A DNA stretch of 63,625 nucleotides, filler included, from Octopus bimaculoides (lineage: Eukaryota), in assembly GCF_001194135.2 (NCBI RefSeq). It is 7 parts of 5 records of this genome, joined end to end, with 100 filler letters (N's around TTAATTAATTAA, not from the genome) between each part and the next. Parts side by side here need not be neighbours in the genome. Positions count along the whole stretch, not along the records: positions 1 to 23,028 come from NC_069007.1; 6 more parts are not named here. One strand, given 5' to 3'. The position numbers and the translations under genes are program-made. Positions 1 to 13,090 of this stretch are shown in pieces (the first letter of the stretch is position 1; the number at the start of each line of letters is the position of its first letter). The notes below the pieces were generated by a model, which saw only the letters and a program-made list of their open reading frames with translations, was not told the DNA's origin and made no database searches.

Positions 1-13
1 AATATTTACTAAC

Positions 14-55
14 CTGTTGGAGTAGATCCTGAATATGGCGTTGAGCTTGATGATA
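14..55 (-). CDS. Micro-exon repeat copy 1 (42 nt, phase 1-1), (V)SSSSTPYSGSTPT
   Basis: Minus strand reads acttttgcattctag|TATCATCAAGCTCAACGCCATATTCAGGATCTACTCCAACAG|gttagt; homologous to 14 other copies. Confidence 0.75.
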
Positions 56-1008
56 CTAGAAATGCAAAGTAGATAACTCATTTTATATTTTGGTAGAAAC
101 AAAATATAGCATGAGAAACTATGTTTACTCATTTTAGGTAATTTCTAAAATGGTATTAAAATGGCAGAGATGTCTCTACAATTGCCCCTTTATAATTTCA
201 GTCTTTCATTTTCTTTCTAACAGTGTTTATGTTTAAATCCAAAGAAATTAAATATTAAAGTTATGTGGAGTTTTTGATTATGAGGGAGAGTATTGACCAA
301 ATACAACAAATGTTTTCCATGTTCTGTGTGAAATTCTTATGCATGTGTTTTTGTATCTACGTAATTACAGACATACAAAAATAACATATTGTTATGAGCA
401 ACAAATTATGTTAATGACAATTCCCTTTCTATCAATGTAAAGACAGAATCTGCACACAAGAAAGAATCAATAAGGAGAATCTTTTCATAGAGAAATTCCA
501 ACCACTTCTTAACACACAAACCCCCCAGTGACCTTATTTCTCTAGGAACAGACATAAACTTCCTGTTGACAAAGAGTCCAGTACTCCAACTAAAGAGTAT
601 AAAACCCACAGAATTGTCTTCCCTTACACACACTTCCTGTTTTGACACCACACTTCCTGCTTAACACATAAACCTTTAACCCCTTTTCTCTTTTTTTTAA
701 ACCGAACACAACTCTCAATTTCATGCATCCTTATTTTTCCAACTATTATCTACATGGATTACCATTGAACTTTAAATGCTCAAAGACAATATAATGTATT
801 GACATATTTATTTTTTTATATATTATTTTTTTTATATATTATTTTTTACTTTTTTGTAAAAAACATTTTCATTCTCCCTCTTCTTGAAAATTTTCCATGC
901 AATGAAAGTCGGTTAAAAATCTATATTAAAATATGCTTTCAGTTTAGCATTCTGCCTTATTATTNNNNNNNNNNNNNNNNNNNNNNNNNNNNNNNNNNNN
1001 NNNNNNNN

Positions 1009-1049
<41 letters not shown>

Positions 1050-1296
1050 GGAGGAAAGAGAAATCGGGAAAGTATATCCATACATATCAAAGCACACATG
1101 CACACATATATACAATACATAAATATATGGTGAGTTGTATCCACACATTTATAGAATCCTATAACCTAATACGCATATCCCCCCTTTTTAAAATGAAGGT
1201 ATATAGATGGACATGCATTTGTACTCATACACACTCACACAATGAATTGAAATGGTAGCATATAAATGGTTTTAATTCAAGGTAATATTTACTAAC

Positions 1297-1338
1297 CTGT
1301 TGGAGTAGATCCTAAATATGGTGATGAGCTTGATGATA
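1297..1338 (-). CDS. Micro-exon copy 2 (42 nt), (V)SSSSSPYLGSTPT
   Basis: acttttcatttccag|42 nt|gttagt; flanks homologous to copies 1 and 3. Confidence 0.75.
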
Positions 1339-2399
1339 CTGGAAATGAAAAGTAGATAACTCATTTTATATTTTGGTAGAAACAAAATATAGCACGAGAA
1401 ATTATGTTTACTCATTTTGGGTAATTTCTGAAATGGCATTAAAATGGCAGAGATGTTTCTACAATTGCCCTTTGCAAATTTCATTCTTTCATTTTCTTTC
1501 TAACAGTGTTTATGTTTAAATCCAAAGAAATTAAATATTAAAGTTATGTGGAGTTTTTGATTATGAGAGAGAGTATTGACCAAATACAGCAAATGTTTTC
1601 ATGTTGTGTGTGAAATTCTTATGAATGAGTTTCTGTATTTATGTAATTACACAGATGCAAAAATAACATTGTTATGAGCAACAAATTATATTGTGATAAT
1701 TTCTCCTTCCAACAACACTTATTAGATCACCGATCTCTGGTTTTCCAAGGCAGGACAAAAACTTTTACTGTGGGTTTGTTACTGCTTAAAGCATAGGCAG
1801 TATGAGTTTGGTGTTCTTTTTACTGTTTGGACGAACTATAAAGCCTACTCATTGACATGTGGTAAGTTAATTTGTGTTGGGAGTTTGTACTGGAAGCCAA
1901 TATGAATTGTTTATGTAGTATTCAGCACCATGCGGTCGATGTGAGGTCATGAATAAGTGCAATAGTGCCAGGAATGTAGAACACTTGACATAGTATTAGG
2001 TGTGTAGGAAAACAGTAATAAGTCAGTTAGGTGTGATGGGGAACGTGAATCGGTTTATGTGTATAGTGGAGTCTTTGTAAGGTGGAAGGTTTTCACATTG
2101 CTGCAAAAATAGCGTGAACTTGGGAATACAAAGAATGCGGAATATGAAGTTGGTACGAGACTAAAGTGTATTTGGAAGTAAAAACAGAGTCAAATCAAAA
2201 CGAAGAAGATACAAGAAAGATAGAAAAGACTGCTGAATAAAAGATGAGCTCACAAAAAGAAATCTACAATATTCAGAGAGAAATGAAAGAACTCTCTAAA
2301 AATCTCTTTAAAGAACTATTATTATTGTCAAATCTTCTGACTTCTTTGACTACTGCTTCTCCAGCTCTTAGCAAGATGGTTTCCTGAGCTTGCCTGTAC

Positions 2400-2660
2400 A
2401 GGCTTCTAAGCTATCGGACACTGCCTGTGGGAGCCTGTTGGTAGTCCAACACATTTAGACTTTGTCTTTTCTCTCCAAGTTCTGAGTTACAAGCTGACTG
2501 ACTTATCCTGGTTAACATTTGCTCTTGCCACTGCCTTTGCGTGACCTCTGTAGGTGTACAATCTTGGACACGATGATGGTGATGTCATCTGTGTAGGCCG
2601 GAATATACCAGCCTGAAGACCTTACTGCTGATTAGTGTCAAGCCAAGAACGACCAACCTA
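2400..2660 (-). mobile_element. Decayed L1/Tx1-like non-LTR reverse transcriptase fragment (ends approximate)
   Basis: Minus translation IPAYTDDITIIVS (YADD-type motif, 2566-2598), then after a frameshift AVARANVNQDKSVSL*LRTWR. Confidence 0.6.
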
Positions 2661-3043
2661 ACTTCTTGTTTGATGAAGATAGGTATTTTTCTATCTGTTT
2701 AAGACTGATTTTTACCTGTTGCCATGATGAAAATCATCCATGCCAGAGACAATTAAAAGATATCGACTACACTCTTGGAATGGTTGGCATTAGGAAGGTC
2801 ATCTAGCCATAGAAACCAAGCCAAATCAAATTGGCACCTTGTAGAGCTCTCCAACTGACCAATTTCAGTTAACCCTACTGACCCACGCCAGCATTGAAAA
2901 ACAGGCGTTAAATGATGATGAGGGAATGATTATATTTGCCACCGTCTATCTTCCTATCTATCTATCTATCTGTCTGTCTGTCTGTGTACCTATATCTGTA
3001 TTACTTTTCCTTATTTTTGACACAGACATACACATGCTCAGTA

Positions 3044-3086
<43 letters not shown>

Positions 3087-3909
3087 GATTAATAAGGGTA
3101 GAAATTGATATCAATCAATTAAAATCAGTGGTCTAGCATATTAAAAAATCTGAAGATTAAAATTATATTACATATAAAAATAAGAGGAATGACCAGCAAA
3201 AGTGGAATCCTATACGCTAGAAATAGATGCCGAATCATCTAACCATGAAAAAATATGTTCTCAGTAAAAAATTAGCGACACAACAGACTGTAAAAGAGCA
3301 AGACAAATGAAAAAATACTAAATAAAAAAACGTATTTTTTCATTTGTCTTGCCCTTTTACAGTCTATTGTGTCGCTAATTTTCTACTAAGAACATATTTT
3401 TCGTGGTTAGATGATTCGGCATCCATTTCTAGCATATAGGAGTCCACTTTTGCTGGTCATTCCTCTTATTTTTGTATGTATATATATATATATATNNNNN
3501 NNNNNNNNNNNNNNNNNNNNNNNNNNNNNNNNNNNNNNNNNNNNNNNNNNNNNNNNNNNNNNNNNNNNNNNNNNNNNNNNNNNNNNNNNNNNNNNNNNNN
3601 NNNNNNNNNNNNNNNNNNNNNNNNNNNNNNNNNNNNNNNNNNNNNNNNNNNNNNNNNNNNNNNNNNNNNNNNNTGTGCATACATATCAAAGCACACATAT
3701 ATACTATACTTATATATATATATATATATGGTGAGATGTATCCACACATTTACAGAATCCTATAACCTAATATGCATATCCCCCCATATTGACATGAAGA
3801 TATATAGATGTACATGCATTTGTATTGATACACACACACACACACACACACACAATGAATTGAAATGGTAGCATATGAATGGTTTTAATTCATCTTAATA
3901 TTTACTAAC

Positions 3910-3951
3910 CTGTTGGCGTAGATACTAAATATGGCGTTGAGCTTGATGATG
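3910..3951 (-). CDS. Micro-exon copy 3 (42 nt), (A)SSSSTPYLVSTPT
   Basis: actttgcatttccag|42 nt|gttagt. Confidence 0.75.
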
Positions 3952-4505
3952 CTGGAAATGCAAAGTAGATAACACATTTTACATTTTGGTAGAAACAAAA
4001 TATAGCACTAGAAACTATGTTTACTCATCTTGGGTAATTTCTAAAATGGTATTAAAATGGCAGAAATGTTTTTACTTGTTGCCATGTTGTAAAATCATCC
4101 ATGCCAGAGACAAATATAAGGTACCGACTACACTCTTGGAATGGTTGGCATTAGGAAGGTCATCTAGTCATAGAAACTAAGCCAAATGAAACTGGCGCCT
4201 TGAACAGCTGTCCAACTGACCACTTTCAGTCAACTCTCTAACCCATACAAGCATGAAAAAACAAACGTTAAATGATGATGACGGAATGATTTTATTTGTC
4301 TCTATCTATCAATCTATCTATCTTCAATATTAAAGTTATATGGAGTTTTTGATTATGAGAGAGAGTATTGACCAAATACAGCAAATTTTTTTCATGTTGT
4401 GTGTGAAATGTTTATGCATGTGCTTCTCTTTGTATGTAATTACACACATACAAAAATAACAATTGCTATGAGCATAAAAATATATTGAGATAATTTCTCC
4501 TTTGT

Positions 4506-5790
4506 ATGACACATAGATCACCGATCTGGCTGGATATTGCCTGCCTTGCCAGAGGGTTGAGGTTTGCAACGAAGGAGATGCAGTTTACCAGCAAGGCGAT
4601 GGCCAGGTGTCATTCTGCGACCTGCATGAGAACAGACGAAATAGTCCTTCTACCTACTTACCTACCTACCTACCTGGGAAGATGTGCATCCAGGGTGAGG
4701 GTGGAAGGAATTCCCCCGGAGGTGGACGCAGACAGGATAGTAGCAGCAATTTTGATGGCCTTCGAGGAAAGGATTGCTATCCTGCGGGTGACTGAGGTAC
4801 CAGCGAAGAATTGGCTGGGGTGAACACTGGAAATAATAATCCAGGATGCCCCAGATGACTTGGAGGCAGTGGTCAGCGCCATAACGGTGGGAGACGGAGT
4901 GAGGCTTGGGGTTGAGGCAGGAGGCCGAGGTGCTGCAAGTGTGGACAGTTGAGACACATGGGAGCCAGGTGCTTTACCCCCTGTAGAGGGACCGAAAGAA
5001 GCTCCAGTGGAGACCGTGTCTCCGACAGTTGTAGNNNNNNNNNNNNNNNNNNNNNNNNNNNNNNNNNNNNNNNNNNNNNNNNNNNNNNNNNNNNNNNNNN
5101 NNNNNNNNNNNNNNNNNNNNNNNNNNNNNNNNNNNNNNNNNNNNNNNNNNNNNNNNNNNNNNNNNNNNNNNNNNNNNNNNNNNNNNNNNNNNNNNNNNNN
5201 NNNNNNNNNNNNNNNNNNNNNNNNNNNNNNNNNNNNNNNNNNNNNNNNNNNNNNNNNNNNNNNNNNNNNNNNNNNNNNNNNNNNNNNNNNNNNNNNNNNN
5301 NNNNNNNNNNNNNNNNNNNNNNNNNNNNNNNNNNNNNNNNNNNNNNNNNNNNNNNNNNNNNNNNNNNNNNNNNNNNNNNNNNNNNNNNNNNNNNNNNNNN
5401 NNNNNNNNNNNNNNNNNNNNNNNNNNNNNNNNNNNNNNNNNNNNNNNNNNNNNNNNNNNNNNNNNNNNNNNTGTGTACAAAAAAAAAAAGAGCATGTAAT
5501 TAAGAATAATAGGATACAATATAGAATTGTTATTGTTATCATAGCATTTTGACTGAGTAGATGATGTTTTAGAAGGAAAAAAAGGGGAAAAAAGTAATTT
5601 AATGTGTTGTAAGAAAAAGATTCAATGAAACTGCTCGGTCGTGAGGTCGAGTAGCATTCATTTCATTTTTCCTTTTTCAACTCCATCTTTTTTCATTCGT
5701 TTTCTTTTTTTCCCCACTTTATCTATCCTTGTACCACCCCCTCTGTGTTCTGCCCTGTGTGGCAAATAAAGAAAAAGGGCGAAAAAGAGG
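4506..5790 (+). mobile_element. Decayed L1/Tx1-like LINE: ORF1 remnant with CCHC zinc knuckle, gap, then 3' end
   Basis: LGRCASRVRVEGIPPEVDADRIVAAILM...; CX2CX4HX4C knuckle CCKCGQLRHMGARC at 4931-4972; after the N gap a T-rich 3' UTR with AATAAA and an A-rich tail near 5765-5790. Confidence 0.6.
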
Positions 5791-5879
5791 TAGTCTTGCA
5801 AAGTACTCGTGTGAACACTTTGATTAAACATCCACTACATATATTTATCTATACCAACCTGTGGCAGGATATAAAACTT

Positions 5880-6185
5880 AAAAAGACTCGTCAAGCCAAG
5901 TGAAATCGTAGTCATGTCCGATGCTAGAGTCACATGACTGGCACCCATACTTCTGGTGCATAAAAGCACCCACACATGTGGCATGTAAAAAAGCACCCAT
6001 TATGCTCTTGGAGTGGTTGATGTTAGGAAGAGCATCCCGCTGTAGACACCATGCCAAATCAGACTGGAACTTGCTGCAGCTCTCAGGCTTACGAGTTTCA
6101 GTTAAACTCTCTAACCCATGCCAGCATGGAAAAGAGACACTAAATGATGATGATGATGATGATGCTGACGATGATGATGATGATA
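5880..6185 (+). mobile_element. RTE LINE 3' end (ends approximate)
   Basis: gttaggaagagcatcc...aacccatgccagcatggaaa...aaa(tga)n tail. Confidence 0.7.
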
Positions 6186-6240
6186 TATCTTGATTTACAA
6201 AATAAAAATAAGTTTATTTTATATAAATATATTCACAGAC

Positions 6241-6282
6241 CTGTCGGTATAGATGCAGAATATGGAAGTGCTGGAGGTGACA
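6241..6282 (-). CDS. Micro-exon copy 4 (42 nt), (V)SPPALPYSASIPT
   Basis: tctgaaatttcag|42 nt|gtctgt (weak donor). Confidence 0.65.
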
Positions 6283-6529
6283 CTGAAATTTCAGAATATA
6301 GAAATTGTAATATGTATTATATTAACGAGAAATTGTAGACACACAGACACACAATCTAAGCACATCTCTCCTTTCTCTACCCTTTTACATGAAATCTCTA
6401 ACTTTTCACACTTGTGGTAATGTAAAAGTATTGATATGACATATTGTATTTGCCTTTTAAAATACCTTGCATTCAAGAGTTTTTGGGTAATTTTTTTAGG
6501 GTTTTGTTCCTTGTGAAGGGTTTTGTTCC

Positions 6530-7320
6530 TTGTGAAGATGCTCCAATATGTGAGAATAAGAATAGGCTGGGCAAAGTTCAGAGAGCTCTTCTCCCTGTAA
6601 CAAAGGGTCTCTCCTTCAGAGTAAGAGGCAGACTGTATGATGTCTGTGAACAAACAGCCATGCTGCAGGGTAGTGGAATTTAACCTGTAGCCAATGAGGA
6701 CATGTGTAGTCTTGAAAGAAATGAAGCTAATATGCTTTGCTGGATGTGCAATGTCAGTGGGCATGTACAATAGGGTGTAAGCATCTTGAGAGAAAAGTTG
6801 GGTATAAGAGACATTGTATGTGGCGTGTAAGAGAGAGGACTGTGCAGGTATGGTCATATGATGTATACGAATGAGGACAGCTTTGTAAAGTGTGAATGTC
6901 TAACTGTGGAGGAAACTTGTGGAAGAGGTAGACCCAGGAAGACAATGGGAGGAAGTGGAGAAGCATGATCGTCGAACGTTGGACCTGACAGAGGCAATGA
7001 CAAGTGACCGAGACCTTTGGCGCTATACCATCCTTGAGAAGACTCGTCAAGCCAAGTGAAATCGTAGTCATGGCCGATGCCAATGTCACGTGTGTGGTAC
7101 CCATGCTTGCGACACATAAAAGCTTCCATGTCAGTGGCATGTAAAAGGCACCCATTATACTCTTGGGGTGGTTGGTGTTAGGAAGAGCATCCAGCTGTAG
7201 AAACCATGCCAAATCCGACTGGAACTAGCTGCAACTCTCTGGCTAACCAGTTTCTGTCAAAATGTCTAGCCCATCCCAGCAGGGAAAGCAAACACTAAAT
7301 GATGATGATAATGATGGTGA
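6530..7320 (+). mobile_element. RTE-clade LINE 3' fragment
   Basis: Degenerate ORF2 C-terminus IRIGWAKFRELLP.TKGLS.RV.GRLYD...LERNEA.ML.WMCNVS...; (GAT)n tail. Confidence 0.8.
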
Positions 7321-7377
7321 TATATATTGATTTACAAAATAAACATAAGTTTATATTATATAAATATATTCACTGAC

Positions 7378-7419
7378 CTGATGGTATAGATGCAGAATAT
7401 GGAGGTGCTGTAGATGATG
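7378..7419 (-). CDS. Micro-exon copy 5 (42 nt), (A)SSTAPPYSASIPS
   Basis: tctgaaatttcag|42 nt|gtcagt. Confidence 0.75.
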
Positions 7420-7746
7420 CTGAAATTTCAGAATATAGAAATTATAACATATATTATATTCAAGAGAAATCATTGTATACAAACAGACAAACAATCTAAG
7501 GACATCTCTCCTTTCTGTACTCTTTTGTATGAAATCTCTAGCTTTTCTCACTTGTAGTAGTTTAAACATATTGACTTAAGATAGTATTTGCCCTTTTAAA
7601 TATCTTGCATTCAAGATTTTCTGGGTAATTGTTTTAGGGTTTTGTTTCTTGTGAAGGGCTGAAGAGTGAAATATGATACTATCGCTTTATATTGTAGTTT
7701 TACATATGTAATTCTATGTTTATTTGTGTGTTTATATACACATATA

Positions 7747-8325
7747 TCAGGTCATTAAGAACGAAATGTCCAATTTTGAACTGAAAGTTTATTTTACTTT
7801 ATCTCAACTAAAAGCAATGCAGTTAATCAAAGTATGCACCCAAATTATCAACACAATTTTGCCGTTTTATTGGTAGCTTATTTATGCCGACAGCAAAGAA
7901 TTCTAGAGAGCAAGAGGTGATGAAATCATGTTAGGCTGCTTTTGTATCTTCTGCAGATTTGAAGTTTTTTCCTTGACTGGAAACTGTGATAGTCAGTTGG
8001 TGCAAGGTCTGGTGAATATGGTGCATGACAGAGTACTTCCAAGTTCAGTTCCTGTAACTTGAGTAGTGATCTTTGTGCAACATGTGGTCGAGCATTGTCT
8101 TGCAAGAGAATTGGCCTGTCTCTATTGACCAATCTCGATTGCTTAATTGCAAGTTCACTCATCATCTCATCCAATTGGTTGATGGATACATCTGTAATTG
8201 ACTTACCAGTTCTCATGAAGCTGTAGTGGATGACACCAGCGCTGGGCCACCAAACAGACACCATTAGCTTTATTTGATCAATATTCATTTTTGGATTGTG
8301 TTTTGGCACTTCATCTCTATCCAAC
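7747..8325 (-). mobile_element. Mariner transposase 3' half with one terminal inverted repeat
   Basis: ORF 7926-8324: KLMVSVWW...GVIHY...ILLQDNARPH...HAPYSPDLAPTDYH (mariner motifs); TA next to the terminus. Confidence 0.85.
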
Positions 8326-8329
8326 CACT

Positions 8330-9113
8330 GTGCAGAATGCTTAAACTATTACTAAGATTAAGAATAGACTGGGCAAAGTTCAGAGAGCTCCCATCTCTGT
8401 TGGTATCTAAGGAATTCTCTCTCAAAGTAAAAGGCAGAGTGTATGATGCCTGCGTGCAAACAGCTGTGCTACACAGCAGTGAAATGTCGGCTGTGACCAA
8501 CGAGGTCATGCATAGGCTTGAAAGAAATGAAACTAGTAAGCTTCACTGGATGTGCAATGTCAGTGCACACGTACAACAGAGTGTAAGCGTCTTCAAGGAA
8601 AAGTTGGGCATAAGAGGCACCAGATAGAGTTTTCAAGTGAGACGATTGTATTGGTATGGTCATGTGATGCATACAGACGAGAACAGGCATGTAAAGAAGT
8701 GCTGATCTCTAACTGTGGAGGGACCCTGTGGAAGGCGTAGACCCAGGAAGTCACAGGATGAAGTGGTGAGGCATGATCTTCAAACATTGGACCTCATGAT
8801 GGCAATGACAAGTAACCAAGACCTTTGGCGATATGCCATGCTTGAGAAGACCCCTCAAGCTGAGTGAAATCATGGCCGATGCCAGTGTCACATAACTGGC
8901 ACTCATGCTGGTGGGATATAACAGCATCCATGTCCATGACATGTAAAATGCACCGATTACATTCTTGTACTGGTTGGCGTTAGGAAGGGCATCCAACCGT
9001 AGAAAACATGCCAAATCCGACTGAAACTTGCTGCACCTCTCCGGCTTACCAGTGTCAGTCAAACTCTCTAACCCATGACAGCATGAAAAGCAGACACTAA
9101 ATGATGATGATGA

Positions 9114-9115
<2 letters not shown>
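8330..9115 (+). mobile_element. RTE LINE 3' fragment
   Basis: LRIDWAKFRELPSLLVSKEFSLKVKGRVYDACVQTAVLHSSE...LERNE; (GAT)n tail. Confidence 0.8.
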
Positions 9116-9173
<58 letters not shown>

Positions 9174-9221
9174 ATTTACAAAATAAACATAAGTTCATAT
9201 TACATAAATATATTCACAGAC

Positions 9222-9263
9222 CTGCTGGTATAGATGCAGAATATGGAGGCGCTGGTGATGATG
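9222..9263 (-). CDS. Micro-exon copy 6 (42 nt), (A)SSPAPPYSASIPA
   Basis: tctgatatttcag|42 nt|gtctgt (weak donor). Confidence 0.65.
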
Positions 9264-9617
9264 CTGAAATATCAGAATATAGAAATTGTGATATATATTA
9301 TATTCAAGAGACATCATTGTATACAAACAGACTCACAATCTAAGCATAACTCCCCTTTCATCTCTAACTTTTCTCACATGTGGTAATCTAAAAGTATTGA
9401 CATGACATAGTATTTGCCTTTTGAAAAAACTTGCTTTCAAGATTTTCTGTGTAAATTCTTTAGCTTTTTGCTCATCATGAAGGGCCAAAGAGTGAAATAT
9501 GATATTATTTCTGTCTATTGTTGTTTTACATATATACTTCTGTGTTTATGTGTGTGTTTACACACACACACACACATACATACATATATATATACATATA
9601 CATATGTGTATATATAT

Positions 9618-9720
9618 GGCGCAGGAGTGGGTGTTTGGTAAGTAGCTTGCTTACCAACCACATGGTTCCAGGTTCAATCCCATTGCGTGGCACCTTGGGC
9701 AGTGTCTTCTATTATAGCCT
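9618..9720 (+). mobile_element. tRNA-derived SINE head (family A)
   Basis: ggcgcaggagtgg..gtttggtaagtagc (A box) and ggttcaatcc (B box), followed by ccttgggcagtgtcttct. Confidence 0.7.
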
Positions 9721-9863
9721 CACTTTGGTTTACCGGTATCAGCCAAAGTGTCTAACCCATACCTCCATGGAAATCAGACGCTAAATGATGACGATGATGA
9801 TGACAAGGTAACTTGATTTAAAAAATAAACATAAGTTTAAATTATATAAATATATTCACTGAC

Positions 9864-9905
9864 CTGTTGGTATAGATGCAGAATATGGAGGTGGTGGAGA
9901 TGATG
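9864..9905 (-). CDS. Micro-exon copy 7 (42 nt), (A)SSPPPPYSASIPT (PPxY)
   Basis: tcttaaatttcag|42 nt|gtcagt. Confidence 0.78.
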
Positions 9906-10314
9906 CTGAAATTTAAGAATATAGAAATTGTAATATATATTATATTCAAGAGAAATCATTGTATACACACAGACGCATAATCTAAGCACATCTCCCCTTT
10001 CTTTACTCTTTTGTTTGAAATCTCTAACTTTTCTGACATGTGGTAATTTAAAACTATTGTTATGACATAGTGTTTGCCTTTTAAAATATCTTGCATGCAA
10101 TATTTTCTGGCAAACTTTCTTAGGATTTTCTTCTTCTTGATGGGCTAAAGAATGAAATATGCTGCTATCTCCTTATATCGTTGTTTTACATATATAACTC
10201 TATGTTTATACACATATGTATCATTCTATCTATCTATCTACATACACATGCACGTACGTAAATACACACACACGTATATAAAAACATATACATACATATA
10301 TATATATATATTTG

Positions 10315-10372
<58 letters not shown>

Positions 10373-10572
10373 NNNNNNNNNNNNNNNNNNNNNNNNNNNN
10401 NNNNNNNNNNNNNNNNNNNNNNNNNNNNNNNNNNNNNNNNNNNNNNNNNNNNNNNNNNNNNNNNNNNNNNNNNNNNNNNNNNNNNNNNNNNNNNNNNNNN
10501 NNNNNNNNNNNNNNNNNNNNNNNNNNNNNNNNNNNNNNNNNNNNNNNNNNNNNNNNNNNNNNNNNNNNNNNN

Positions 10573-10629
<57 letters not shown>

Positions 10630-10964
10630 TTTAACGTTCACTGGGTTTGAGAGTAGGTGTAAGTTGAATATATTTATTAAACCAGTTCATATGCATATAA
10701 CACCGATTGCCTTCTCTCGCAGTCTTTTCTAGTAAAAAACGAATTAATTTTGGGGTACATATCAGAGGAATATATCAATGTCATAGGAAGATTAAGAGGG
10801 AAAATAGTCTTTGTGTGTGGGAAGTACACAGATACACTAAACACCTAAAATCTACAGAAAATATAACCAATCAACTGACAGTGTTGCAAACTAGAGGTAA
10901 TAGACAGCATTCGTTATCTAACTGAACAAGATAGTAGTTGATGTGTATACAATGAAAGTGTAAC

Positions 10965-11680
10965 TTCAAGAATAAGAATAGACTGGGTAGAGTTCAGAGA
11001 GTTCTTACCTCTCCTGGCAACAAAATCTCTCCCTCAGAGTGAAAGGCCAAATGTATGATATCTGTGAGAAAACAGCCACACTACAGGGCAGTGTACATGC
11101 AACATAGCAGTGAAACATTGTGAAACCACTGAGGACATGTGTAGGCTTGAAAGAATTGAAGCTAGTATGCTTTGCTGGATGTACAATGTCAGTGTGCATG
11201 TACAGCAGAGTGTAAGCATCTTGAGGCAAGAGTTGGGTATCAGGGACATTGTATGTGAAGTGTAAAAGACACGACTGTGCTGGTATGGTCTTGTGATGCA
11301 TATGTATGAGGACAGCTGTGTAAAGAACTGCATGTCTTTCATGGTGGACGAAACCTGGGGAAGAGGTAGACCCAGGAAGATATGGGAGGAGATGGTGAAG
11401 CATAATTGTTGAACATTTGGACTCACAGAGGTAATGATATGGGAGCAAGACCTATGGCGATATGCCACCTTCCAAAAAGACTCATCAAACTATATGAAAT
11501 AATATTTGTGGCCAATGCCAGTGTCATCTAAGTCGTTGGCATTAGGAAGGACGTCCAGCCATAGCAACAATGCCAAATGTGACAGGAACTTGCTGCACCT
11601 CTCTGGCTTACCAGTTTCAGTCTATGTGTCTAACCCATGTCTCCACTGAAAGCAGATGGTAAATGATGATGATGATCTAT
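10965..11680 (+). mobile_element. RTE LINE 3' fragment
   Basis: Homologous to 6530-7320, same start region and tail. Confidence 0.75.
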
Positions 11681-11732
11681 CTTGATTTAAAAATTAGATA
11701 TAAGCTTATATTACAAAATTACATTCACTGAC

Positions 11733-11774
11733 CTGTCGGTATAGATGCAGATAATGGAGGTACTGGAGATGATG
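11733..11774 (-). CDS. Micro-exon copy 8 (42 nt), (A)SSPVPPLSASIPT (Tyr lost)
   Basis: cctaacatttcag|42 nt|gtcagt. Confidence 0.72.
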
Positions 11775-12075
11775 CTGAAATGTTAGGATACAGAAATTGT
11801 AATATATATTATATTGAAGAGAAAGCATTTTATACACACAGACACACAATCTAAGCACATCTCCCATTTCTTTAGTCTTTTGCATTAGGAAGGGCATCCA
11901 CCCATAGCAAATGCAACTGGAACTTGTTGCACCACTCCAGTTTGCCAGTTTCAGTCAAAGTGTCTAACCCATACCTCCATGGAAAGCAGGCGCTAAATGA
12001 GGATGACGATGATGATGATGTGTGTTGATTTAGAAAATAAACATAAGCTTATAATACATAAATATATCCACTGAC

Positions 12076-12117
12076 CTGTCGGTATAGATGCAGAATATGG
12101 AGGTGGTGGAGATGATG
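12076..12117 (-). CDS. Micro-exon copy 9 (42 nt), (A)SSPPPPYSASIPT (PPxY)
   Basis: cctaaaatttcag|42 nt|gtcagt. Confidence 0.78.
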
Positions 12118-12656
12118 CTGAAATTTTAGGATACAGAAATTGTAATATATATTATATTGAAGAGAAATCATTTTAGACACACAGACACACAATCTAAGGA
12201 CATCTCCCGTTTCTTTACTCTTTTTCATGAAATCTCTAACTTTTCTCACATGTGGTAATTTAAAACTATTCGCATGACAAGATTTGCGCGTATTAAATGT
12301 AGATGATAATATATGAATATATGTTTATGGCTATATATGAATAGACATACATATATATATATATATAATGACGTGGTAATATGCCACCCTTGAGAAGACT
12401 CGTCAAACTATGTGAAATAATAGTCATGGCCGATGCCAATGTCATCTAAGTGGTTGGCATTAGGAAGGGCGTCCAGCCATAGCAACAATGCCAAATGCGA
12501 CTGGAAATTTCAGCACCTCTCTGGCTTACCAGTTTCAGTCAACATATCTAACCCATGCCTCCATTGAAAGCAGACGTGAAATGATGATGATAATGATGAT
12601 GTGTCTTGCTTTAAAAAGTAAATATAAGCTTAAATTACATAAATATATCCACTGAC

Positions 12657-12698
12657 CTGTCGGTATAGATGCCGAATATGGAGGTGGTGGAGATGATG
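12657..12698 (-). CDS. Micro-exon copy 10 (42 nt), (A)SSPPPPYSASIPT (PPxY)
   Basis: cctaacatttcag|42 nt|gtcagt; synonymous TCT>TCG relative to copy 9. Confidence 0.78.
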
Positions 12699-13048
12699 CT
12701 GAAATGTTAGGAAACAGAAATTGTAAAATATATTATATTGAAGAGAAATAATTTTATACACACAGACACATAATCTAAGCACATCTTCCCTTTCTTTATT
12801 CTTTTGTATTAGGAAGGGCATCCACCCATAGCAATAATGCCAAATGTGACAGCAAATTACTGCACATCTCCGGCTTACCAGTTTCAGTCAAAGTGTCTAA
12901 TCCATGCCTCCATGGAAAGCAGGATTAGACTCCAATCTAATCCATACCTCCATGGAAAGCAGGTGGTAAATGAGGATGACGATGATGATGATGTGTGTTG
13001 ATTTAGAAAATAAACATAAGCTTATAATACATAAATATATCCACTGAC

Positions 13049-13090
13049 CTGTCGGTATAGATGCAGAATATGGAGGTGGTGGAGATGATG
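13049..13090 (-). CDS. Micro-exon copy 11 (42 nt), (A)SSPPPPYSASIPT (PPxY)
   Basis: cctaacatttcag|42 nt|gtcagt. Confidence 0.78.
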
